A stretch of 43,711 nt of DNA. Source: Rhizaria sp. SCN 62-66. Lineage: Eukaryota. The notes under the pieces are model-generated. The model saw only the letters and a list, made by a program, of their open reading frames with translations, searched no databases and had not been told where the DNA came from. Each line of letters opens with the position of its first letter. Position 1 is the stretch's first letter. Both the position numbers and the translations under genes were made by a program. This document shows positions 34,552-43,711 of the stretch, piece after piece. The stretch is taken from positions 1-43,711 of the forward strand of contig MEDY01000260.1 in NCBI GenBank assembly GCA_001724265.1. The letters run 5' to 3'.

Positions 34552-37500
34552 ATGTACGCTTCTAAGCTTTCCCGTGCTGTGAGCGGCGCCGCCCGCGTGC
34601 AGACGACCCGCGCGGCCCGCGCCCTCTTCTCCACGGCTTCCCCGTCGCTGTCCACGGCGTCTTCGCGCCTGTCCGCCTTTGCGGCCACCCGCGCCGCCCG
34701 CGCAGCCCCTGCGGCGGCGCGTGGCGCGATCGACTGGACCATCGACGTCGCGTCGCCCGTTCCCCCTCCCGGCGACCTGCCCGCGCTGCGCGTCAAGGCC
34801 GCCAAGGAGACGGACCGCCTCGCGGAGGTCGTCCAGGCTAAGGCCTTTGCCACCTGGCTTGCTGCGCAGACCGCGACCGCGGACCCGGCCGCCAAGGCCC
34901 GCATCGAGGCCCTGGGCCTCAGCAACGAGGATATCAAGGTTGGACTGAAGGCCGCCATGATGACCTTCCTCCTCCACGTCGAGGTACGCTCTTTAACCAC
35001 TGTGCATTTTCACGATTGTGATTTCTACCTAGATAGATTCTCTCTTTATTTGATCATTTTTTATCTTTTTATCTCTTAGACTTTCAGTTCAATGCTCCAT
35101 AAATCTCCTAATCGCACTTCTCCCGCCCACACTCACAAAATGCAACTTTCCTCGGATCTTTGCTCTCCTCGCTCTCTCGCGCTACCACCTTGCAGTCCCG
35201 CGTCTCGTCCGCGGTGGGTCAGGGCTACTACACGATTGGTCCGTGCGGCGAGGAGCTCATGGGTGCCGTGGCGCTCGCCGTGCGCGACACCGACTCACTG
35301 GCGCTGCACTACCGCCATTTGGCCGTGCAGGTCGTGCGCCAGCTCCGCGCGGGCCGCGCCACCGAGGCCGTGCTGTTGGACCGCGCGCGCGGCCACACGG
35401 TTGCCGCCGCGGACCCCGTGACGGGCGGCGCGCACTGCGCCATCGGCGGCGGCGAGCTCGACTTCTTGGTCACGTCCACGCTCGCCTCGCAGGCGTGCCC
35501 CGCGGTGGGCCGCGCCATGGGCAACGGGCTCGCACAATACCTGGCCACCACCACGCCCGGCTTCAAGCCGCTGTTCGAGAAGGACATGGTGTCGTTTGTG
35601 TCCCTGGGCGACGGCTCGGTGAACAACGGGCACTTCCTTTCCGCGGTCAACCTGGCCGAGTACGCCGCCTTCCGCAAGTTCAAGTGCCCCACCGTCTTCA
35701 CCGTGACCGACAACGATCTGTCCATCTCGCTGCGCGGCTACGGCTACCTGCGCAAGCAGTGGCTCAAGCGGCTGCAGATGCCGCTCTTCACGGCCAAGGG
35801 CAGCGACTTCCTCTCCATCTACGAGGCCACACAGCAGGCCATGGCCTCCGCGCGCTCCAAGGGGGCGCCCGCGTTCCTGTACATCGACGGCATCGCGCGC
35901 CGCTTCGGACACGCCGCCACCGACCGCCAGGTGCGTCATTCGACATATCTCCGCAATCCCTCCACTTTATAGAATTACACTTTGATATCTGTGCTTATTT
36001 TAGTATTTTTCAAGTGCATTATTTGTTTTACTTCTTGAGGCTGACATATACCTCTTCAATTCTATCTATCTTTGTTTCAGGCCGCGTACCTGACCCCGCA
36101 GGAGATCGCCGCCTCGGCGTCGACGAACCCGATCGAGTCGCTCTCGAAGCTGGCCGCGGACACCGGCATCCTCTCCTACGCCGAGCAGTCGGCGCTGTTC
36201 GCCGAGCTCTGGGCCCAGACGCAGACAGCGTTCAACGCCGCGGCCGCCGAGCCCAAGATCGGCTCGCGCCAGTCCATGCTGGACCGCCTGGCCGTGCCCG
36301 TCGCGCCGCTGCCCGCCGCCGCGACGCCCGCCGCGGGCGCGGACGGCGCCATCCCCGTTCCCGCTGCGGCTGACGCCAAGGCCACGCTTGCGGTCAGCGA
36401 GTTCAACGGCACTCTGACCGCGCCGGGGCTCGTCCCCGCCCCCGCGGCCGGGCTGGCCAACACCGCGCCCGTAGCGGAGCGCGCGCAGTGGAGCAACGTG
36501 CAGACGCGCGTGGCGGCCGCGCTGGCGATTCCGCGCGTCGAGGCCGCCGTGGCTGCCGAGGCGGCGACGGGCACGCGCGACGTGATGCGCAAGCACATGA
36601 CCCGCGTGTTCGATGAGCTGATGACGGCGTACCCCAACATGGCCTACCTGGGCGAGGATGTTATCCACGGCGGCTACTACCTCGTCACCGAGGGGCTCGC
36701 GACCAAGTACCCGCAGCGCGTGCGCGACTTCCCCCCCGACGAGACCTCGCTCGTCGGCGCAGGCATGGGCTTCGCGCAGACCGGCCTCCTGCCCGTCGTG
36801 GAGATCCCCTACGCCAAGTACCTCGACTGCGCCGCTGACATGTTCTACGAGCTCGCGTTGTCGTCCTGGCTTTCCAACACCAAGCAGCCCAACGGCATGA
36901 TCGTCCGGCTCCAGGGCTTCGGCAAGGGCGTCTTCGGCGGCAACTTCCACACCCATAACACGCTCTACCTGCCCCCCGGCATCGACACCGTACGTAGAAA
37001 ATGTCCAACACAAAAATATTTCTCAGATTTTCAGAAATGAACTTATGTATAACTGTTTGTTTTAAAAGATAATAATTTCTTAATGTGTTGATATTCATCA
37101 ACATCCTTCTCAATTCCTTTAAACTCAACACACACTGGCTTTCTTCTCTTGCTTGCTTGCTTGCGCCCGTCCAGGTCTGCTACTCGAACGGCGCGGACTA
37201 CGCGATGGGCATGCGCTACGCGGCGCTGCAGGCGTCCCGCGGGCGCGTGGTGATGTCGGTCGACTCGACGCACCTGCTGAACCTGCGCCACGTCGACGTC
37301 GACGACGACGCCTGGCGCAAGCCCTACACCAGCGCCACCCAGTACATGGACTTCGACCAGGTCCGCACCTACGCGCCCCCCGCCGCCCCCGCCTCGGCCC
37401 ATAGTAGCGCCAAGAAGAAGGTCGCGGTTGTGACGTACGGCGAGGGCGTGGTGACTGCGCTGCAGACGCGCGCCAAGCTCGCCGCGCGCGGGCTCCCTGA

Positions 37501-37789
37501 CGCCGCGGGCTTCGAGCTCACGGTCATCGACTGCCCGCTGCTCTCCCGCGTCCCCGAGGGGCTCCGCGCCGCGCTCGCCGACGGCGGATTTGACGCCGTG
37601 CTCTTCGCGGACCCGTGCAAGGAGGGCCAGAACCCTCTGGCGGGCCACATCGCGCGGCTCCAGCTCGAGGGCAGGCTGCCCGCCCAGTGGCAGTCTGTCG
37701 CCGCGCAGGCCACCTACAACCCGCTGGGCTCGACTCTCACGTTTCTCTCGCCCGAGGACATTGTCGCCGCGCTCGCCAAGATGTGCTAA
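34552..37789 (+). CDS. Mitochondrial fused E1-alpha/E1-beta ThDP-dependent 2-oxoacid dehydrogenase (BCKDH/PDH-like); exons 34552-34983, 35196-35930, 36081-36989, 37175-37789 (896 aa)
   Basis: Arg/Ser/Ala-rich, acid-free N-terminus (MYASKLSRAVSGAARVQTTRAARALFSTAS). E1-alpha motifs YYTIGPCGEE, LHYRH, STLASQ, GDG...DN, RRFGH. E1-beta motifs YLGEDV.HGGYY.VT.GL, RVRDFPPDE..LVGAGMGFA..GL.PVVEI.YAKYL, GG.FHTHN, VAVVTYG. All three introns are phase 0 GT-AG. Confidence 0.9.
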
Positions 37790-38438
37790 GCGAGCGAGAG
37801 ATGACGTGCGATGCGATAGGCACTGGAACTTAAGCTTTGTACATGTGCATGCCTCTTAAGATGTATACGGAGGCATTTGTGCTGAGTCTAAACTGCGATT
37901 TGCGAATCAACGAGTCGATGGGAGATCTAAGTTGCAACACTCAGAAAGATGAGCTTGAGCACTGCGTCTGTCTTGTCTTTCCCTGTTTGCAACGAAGATC
38001 CTGCGTTTTTTATTGAGAGTAACACGACACTGTGATGGTGTGGCTGTTATGGTGGAGGAATGGTGTTGAATTGGTAGGGGGAAGGATTTAGTCGACTATG
38101 ATAATAATTATAACCTATATTTAATGTGTGCGTCTCTGAATGTTCGATGTTCTGTTTGAATACGCGTGTCTGTAACAAGTAATGTCACCGTTTACGTGAT
38201 GCAGTATTCACATTACAACGACGATGTAACACTTATGACGCTGTTGGATGGAGAATAATTTATAACAATAAAGAATCAAATATACGCAAATATTAATGTT
38301 TTTATTATGAATCAAAACTAATGTATTATCCTTAAAAGCTATGTAAATATGTCGATTTAGTATAAACTTGCACATGAGGTACTGCAACTCAACAGTCAAA
38401 CTTCTTGCGCACAGTAGGTCTCGGCCGTTCGAGATAGT

Positions 38439-41400
38439 TTAGAGATAGTGCGCAACAACAAGCGCAATCACGGTCGCAACGGGCACCTTAAAGCTGTCCC
38501 TGGCAAGCCCCGCAAAAAGCGCCTCGTTCCCGCGCGCGCAGTCACTGCCGTAGCATACAGCGTGCTCCAGCGCGCCCTCCGCCAGCAGACACACAGCCGC
38601 GGTCACGGCGCGGGACGCGGGGCGCTGCGCCGCGCACTGCAGCGGCCGGCGCAGACGCCACAGACGCTCAGACTCGTCAGGTTTCAGCTGCTGTAGCTGT
38701 TGCTGATGCTGAGGCGTCGCAGCTGCAGCTTCTGCGGCAGTGGCGGCGGTTGACTCGGCGGCGAGTGCGGCGCGCAACGCTGCAACTGCACTGCGCAAGT
38801 GTAAGTACTCACGGGTATCACCGCTAAGTACCTTGTCACTGGTAGTAAGTGGCGCAGCGGAGGCAGACCATGGCAGCCAACCACACTCGAAGTTGTTGGC
38901 AGTGTTATCACAACGCGACTGTCTTGGAAAGAAAAGAGCTGAAACAGCAGTGTAATCAGCGGCGGCAGCAGCGGCGGCGGCAGAGAAAACGGTGCTTTGG
39001 TCACACTTCGCGCCATCAATCGCGGGATTTATGCCATTTGCAGGAGAAATCAATCCATTTCGGTTGGCAATGAAGAGTCTGACGATATCAGTCAGCACCG
39101 CAGGGCCGTCAACTCCAGTGCAAACCCGCGAGTCTGACTCTAAATGCAAGTTCGAGGGCGAGCCTGAGTGTGAATGTGAGTGTGTCTCTGCTGTCGGCGA
39201 GCGCCAACGCAGCCCCAGCGCCTGCTCCCACTGCCCCTCGCTCACTGGCGCGTCCCACAGCAACGCACCGCTGACCAAGCGCTCCTTGGCCACAACAGCC
39301 GGCAACACGTACACATCAGCGCCCTCACCAGCGCCCGCCGCGGCCACGGCCGCCGCCGCGCGCATAGCGCCGATGACGCGTTTGGGGTGATGCCGCGGCA
39401 TCAGCGCCCGCCACGCGCGCGCCTGCGCCAGCGCCAGCGCCGCGGCCGCGCTCGACACCACGAAGCGGCGGCGACACAGCTCGGACGCGGCCGCAACCGC
39501 AGCGCTGGCTGCCGTGACGGCGCTCTGAGCTGGATCTGCGGCCGCGACTGTCGCCGGCGATGTGGCCGTCATTGCGGTGGCAGCGGCGGCCGCGGCGGTG
39601 GCCTCAGCCTTGGCCCATGTGTCGGTGACTGCAGCGGCAACGAGCAGAGAGGCGTCGGTCGCGGCGGACACCAGCCAGCTCTGCGGCGGCGCCAGCGCAC
39701 GCGCCGCAGCGAGTGCGCGCTCGGCCTGCCGCAGCAGCAGCAGCGACGGGGGCACCACCGACGACAAGAACTGCCGAGTCACGCCCTCGGCCTCGGCCTC
39801 AGCCTCAGCCTCAGCAACAACGCTCGAGTTGCCACCGTGACCGCTGTGGCGGTGACTGAGACTGCGGAAGACACTCGCGTTGAAGACGGGTCTGGGGGTT
39901 CTACGGAGCGCGGTGGCGCGGCCGCGCAGCGGGGCGATGGCTGCGGTGTCGAACTGAGTCAGCAGCGGAAACACCGCCAGGAACGGGAAAGTTAAGCCGC
40001 ACGCGTTGCACGCGAACACGGGTTCCGGCGGCGCTGTCGCTGCTGTTTTCGCAGTCACTGCGGTTGTTGCTTTCGCTGTCGCTTTCACTGTCACAGTTGT
40101 CACTGCGATGGTGGGGTATCCGAGGCGGGGGGAAAGCACTCCGTGACAGCCTGGCGACCTTGCAGCCGTACTTAGACCTCGAGCCGTACTTGGACCGCCA
40201 CCACTGAGCGCACTAACGCCCGCCTTGTGGTGTGACGCAGCAACAACAGCGGCGCCCCGGGCCTGCGCGGATGCCGCCCATCCGGCGACCGCGGGCGCAA
40301 GCTCGCTCAGGGCGACGACCGTGAGCGCGGTGTCGCGGAGGGCGCGCGTCTCCCTACTGACGCCGAGACCGTCGCCAAGCAACGGTGAGCAGCTGCCGCC
40401 CCCCGTTGCTCCCTGCACAGCGCCGCTCGCGCTGCTAGTCTGCGTCTCGCTGTCGCTGTTGTTGTTGTTGTTGTTGTTGTTGTTGGATATAGACCGTAGA
40501 AGCGAGGTGAACCCGTCGCACCAGACGCTCTGCATCAGTGTATCCGCGGCCTTGCCAGTCGCTTCGGCTTCCGCGGCGTCGGCACACGCGCGCGCACTGC
40601 ACTGCTTTTGCTCTACAGCACCAGCGACAAGCAACTGCGACTCCGACGGCGACTGCGGCTGTGGACACTGCGGCGACTGCGCGCATTCTGACTGCGGACA
40701 CTGCTGCAAAAGCGACTGTGCGCGGTCGAAGTAGATGCGCGCAGGCGACTCTGCATACGCGCCGGGGTCCCTCGCGGCCTTCGCGGTGACGTCCTCGCCC
40801 AGCAACGCCGCCACCGCGGCGGTAGTTACACGCTCACCACTCGCAGACTCAACAGCAACATGGACAGCACGAGCACTATTGCCCGCATCGCCACTCACAG
40901 TGTTGCTGTTACTGCTAACAGTGCGTGCATTTGCGTTTGTGGTGGCGTCAGTGTATGCCTGGCAGCGCGCGCAGGCGCAGTAGAACCGATGCGAGCGCGC
41001 CAGGTGCTGCCCACGGCGCTGCGGCGGGAGCGCGATGTCCGAGTAGGCAACAGTGAGCTGCTCCCCGCGGCGCACCGCGCGCGTCGTCCGCAGTTGCAGC
41101 CGCGTCGCAGCGCCAGCGCCAGAGCCAGCGCCAGCGGCAACGACGGGGCTCCAGGCGCAGTTGGGCCAGCACGAGTGGTTCACGAGCGACATCGACACAA
41201 AGACACCGCGGCCCTGGCCCCCCGGCTGCGGCAGCGTCCGCGCCCCATCACTAGCACTCGCACCGGTCGCAGCTGCAGTCATCGCAGCTGCAGTCATTGC
41301 AGTCGCAGTCGCTGAGGCAGTCGCTGAGGCAGTCGCTGAGGCAGTCGCAGTCATCGAAGCTGCAGTCATGGCAGTCACAGTGACGTCTGCTGCTCCTGAT

Positions 41401-42101
41401 GTTGCTGGCGTTGCTGTCGGGAGCGCAAGTTGGAAGGCGTTATACGCGCACGCAAGCGCAATCTTGACCATTTCCTTGGGCGCCAGCTCCGGGCACTGCG
41501 GCGCCAGGTGGGCCAATAACGCCAAGGTCCGCGCGACGGAGTCTGGCGGCAGCGCGGCGTCGTCGGGGGTGCCGGCCGAGGCGGTGGCGACGGCGGCCGA
41601 GAGCAGCGTATTCAGCGGCGCGGACACCTCCGCGGCGGCGGCAGCGGCAGCGTCACCGTCACCGTCAGCGTTTGCGTTGCTATTGAGACTGTTGTTGTTG
41701 TAGTCGCGTGCTAGTTCGGGCAAGTGGCGTGTGTGGTCGAGGAGGTACGCCGCGGCGGCGCCGCGGCGCGGGAAGACGAGCGCGTCGTAGAGGCGCTCCT
41801 CCTCGGTCTGGTCAAGCTGCGCGCGCGCAAAGCGGAGGTAGAGGGCCTCGAAGTCGGCCCCCAGTGGGCATAGCTCGGTCAGCAGACGGCGCCGCAACTC
41901 AGGATCGCGGTTCGCCGCCAGACACGCCGCAGTGACCAGAGACGGGGGCTTAGGCAGCATAAGGCTAAATGCGGGCGCGGGGGGGCTCCATACCTCGACG
42001 GCGGCGCGCTCCTCGTAGCACAGGGCGCCCGCGGAGATGTCGCGCGTGGCAAACAAGCCGCGGCCCGCGCCTGGGACGCTGCGAACTTCGAACATCGGCA
42101 T
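38439..42101 (-). CDS. SMYD-like SET-domain lysine methyltransferase (1220 aa, single exon)
   Basis: GAGRGLFATRDISAG; YNAF; GVFVSMSLVNHSCWPNC; LRTTRAVRRGEQLTVAY; post-SET RGQHLARSHRFYCACARC; later CHG..FACNACG and C-terminal helical HHP / CYGSD elements typical of SMYD proteins. Confidence 0.9.
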   Translation of the reverse strand: MPMFEVRSVPGAGRGLFATRDISAGALCYEERAAVEVWSPPAPAFSLMLPKPPSLVTAACLAANRDPELRRRLLTELCPLGADFEALYLRFARAQLDQTEEERLYDALVFPRRGAAAAYLLDHTRHLPELARDYNNNSLNSNANADGDGDAAAAAAAEVSAPLNTLLSAAVATASAGTPDDAALPPDSVARTLALLAHLAPQCPELAPKEMVKIALACAYNAFQLALPTATPATSGAADVTVTAMTAASMTATASATASATASATATAMTAAAMTAAATGASASDGARTLPQPGGQGRGVFVSMSLVNHSCWPNCAWSPVVAAGAGSGAGAATRLQLRTTRAVRRGEQLTVAYSDIALPPQRRGQHLARSHRFYCACARCQAYTDATTNANARTVSSNSNTVSGDAGNSARAVHVAVESASGERVTTAAVAALLGEDVTAKAARDPGAYAESPARIYFDRAQSLLQQCPQSECAQSPQCPQPQSPSESQLLVAGAVEQKQCSARACADAAEAEATGKAADTLMQSVWCDGFTSLLRSISNNNNNNNNNSDSETQTSSASGAVQGATGGGSCSPLLGDGLGVSRETRALRDTALTVVALSELAPAVAGWAASAQARGAAVVAASHHKAGVSALSGGGPSTARGLSTAARSPGCHGVLSPRLGYPTIAVTTVTVKATAKATTAVTAKTAATAPPEPVFACNACGLTFPFLAVFPLLTQFDTAAIAPLRGRATALRRTPRPVFNASVFRSLSHRHSGHGGNSSVVAEAEAEAEAEGVTRQFLSSVVPPSLLLLRQAERALAAARALAPPQSWLVSAATDASLLVAAAVTDTWAKAEATAAAAAATAMTATSPATVAAADPAQSAVTAASAAVAAASELCRRRFVVSSAAAALALAQARAWRALMPRHHPKRVIGAMRAAAAVAAAGAGEGADVYVLPAVVAKERLVSGALLWDAPVSEGQWEQALGLRWRSPTAETHSHSHSGSPSNLHLESDSRVCTGVDGPAVLTDIVRLFIANRNGLISPANGINPAIDGAKCDQSTVFSAAAAAAAADYTAVSALFFPRQSRCDNTANNFECGWLPWSASAAPLTTSDKVLSGDTREYLHLRSAVAALRAALAAESTAATAAEAAAATPQHQQQLQQLKPDESERLWRLRRPLQCAAQRPASRAVTAAVCLLAEGALEHAVCYGSDCARGNEALFAGLARDSFKVPVATVIALVVAHYL

Positions 42102-43222
42102 AAATAAATGTGTGTTCCTGCTTCCTAAAATCCGTCAAATAGAAAACGGGGAAATAAAACGATAATTTAAAGTAAGTTTCCTTCTTTTTTCCTTAATTAT
42201 ACTTTGATTGAATTTGAATAGAAAGTAGGGTCTACAAATTGAGCTAGCTCACTTTGACTGGTGTTTATCCAGTCGAGTGTGATGCAGTAACGGTTGCCTC
42301 CATGCGTGTAATGAGTCTCCATTGGTGCTCTAAGCACAACGCTCAGTTGATTTAAGTGTTTTGGCAACTGTCTCTGCTACAGGCCGCGATTTTAGCACTA
42401 GTTCAAAGCTCTAACCATGAAGCTATGGCCACTCTGTGTCATAACGGCTATCTTGACAAACATCATAAATTCAACTTCTGTTGCAGTAATGCGAGTGAGT
42501 GCAGTAAATCGCTGTCTTAAACGAAAACCAAAGTTTAAAATGTTTGTGATTTTTGTATTGTGAAGTTGGTTGTGCAAGTTTGTCTCCGGGTCTGCGCCCA
42601 CAGAACTCAACAGCAAGCTTTGATGTACTGTGCTGAGAACAGTCCGAGCACAATTATAACTGAATAACAATGCAACAACGGTGACAGTGTTTATAATCTA
42701 CTATATTAACGCAAGTATGACAAAATCATACTCTCGACGACACGTGTGCACGCCATGACGAGTGCCTGTGACTTGAAGAAAGTTGATATGTACATGTAAG
42801 CTTATTAATATCCGTCATAACGTCACCGGTACTTGAGGGAAGATGGTGAACCTATGGAGACAATACATAATATGAAATCTATTGCGGCGCTCGCCCTAAC
42901 TGCGACGACTTTGCTGGTCTCATCATATGAACTTTGTCGTTAATAATCGATGTGGGCGAGGATGAGCTCGAGATTACACATGGATCTCATGGGGTTAAAA
43001 GCCAAGTCACTCGGTACAAAATATTATACAGCTAAACAAGTGCTTAATTTAAAAAAAAATCTGTCGAGAAATCGTCCCCTCAGTTTTTTCTGAAGATCGT
43101 TGTTCAATAAAAAGTGATTGAAGTTCGGAAAAGACAATGACTGTCACGTAGCCCTATCAAATGCGGAAATAATTTATAATGTTAGATTAAAGTATAGGAT
43201 TGGGGTTAAAATGTCATGAAAC

Positions 43223-43295
43223 AGTTCTATAGCTCAGTGGTATGAGCATTGGTCTAATAAGCCAATGGTCCTGGGTTCGACCCCCAGTAGGACTA
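43223..43295 (+). tRNA. tRNA-Ile, anticodon AAT
   Basis: Cloverleaf: acceptor AGTTCTA/TAGGACT, D arm GCTC-AGTGGTAT-GAGC, anticodon arm TTGGT-CTAATAA-GCCAA, T arm CTGGG-TTCGACC-CCCAG, discriminator A; no intron. Confidence 0.95.
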
Positions 43296-43303
43296 TTTTT
43301 TTT
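43296..43303 (+). terminator. RNA polymerase III oligo-T terminator
   Basis: T8 run immediately after the tRNA discriminator base. Confidence 0.85.
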
Positions 43304-43711
43304 GTCTCCGCGTTCCCGCGCAGCGAGCTGTGATCCGCTGTTTTTTTTTGCTTCCCCCGCCTCTGTCCCAACAACGGGCGCCATCTACAGCGACAATGAT
43401 TGTGTTGTGTGGCGTCCACTAACGCTGCATTGTCCTTCTTCCTGCGCAGCCACGTCACGCAACCTCGTCATATGCTAGGACTGCTGTCTGCTCCGGATCT
43501 CGGGCGCATGCACTGCGGTCGGTCGGTGTCGCAGTCGAAGTACTACTAGTAGTAAGCTTACTAGTATTCATCCATACACTTGAGTGCTAACGTACGTAAC
43601 GCCGTGTGCTATTAATAACCCCTATGTAGCGTCAACTAAAAAACGCCAAAAACGCAGTTTTCGGCAGGTAACTTCCACAATAGAAATCTCTGTGAAATAA
43701 TCGTCAAAGCT

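Noticed and set aside
14925-37174. Introns as introner transposons
   Set aside because: No shared internal sequence, terminal inverted repeats or consistent target-site duplications among the eight introns by eye.
42102-43222. Short ORFs in the AT-rich spacer before the tRNA
   Set aside because: AT-rich, lacking the GC-rich codon style of real exons here, with no recognisable motifs.
43246-43265. CTA within the tRNA anticodon loop suggesting an amber suppressor
   Set aside because: The stem TTGGT/GCCAA fixes the 7-nt loop as CT-AAT-AA, so the anticodon is AAT (Ile).
1-43711. Stop-codon reassignment
   Set aside because: No in-frame stops inside conserved domains once introns are removed; the six complete genes end in TAA (5) or TGA (1).

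Overview
GC-rich-exon / AT-rich-intron eukaryotic (protist-like) genomic DNA read with the standard code. It holds seven protein genes, one tRNA-Ile(AAT) and a decayed pogo-type transposase fragment. Three + strand genes carry short GT-AG introns (150-212 nt, donor mostly GTACG): a USP39/Sad1 spliceosomal pseudo-deubiquitinase, a secreted PqaA/AprA-family alpha/beta hydrolase, and a mitochondrial fused E1-alpha/beta 2-oxoacid dehydrogenase. Four - strand genes are single, very long, low-complexity ORFs: a >2566-aa chromatin-type protein running off the left edge (absent from the ORF track), a 1418-aa orphan, a 4544-aa 7TM-plus-TKL kinase, and a 1220-aa SMYD-like SET protein. The most striking feature is the receptor kinase. 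Its catalytic domain keeps the key catalytic residues but is split into four pieces by in-frame insertions of about 300, 2340 (activation segment) and 1190 aa. The same 'exploded domain' style, built from tri-/hexa-/dodecanucleotide slippage repeats, recurs in neighbouring genes. All family assignments are by eye from recalled motifs; no searches were run.
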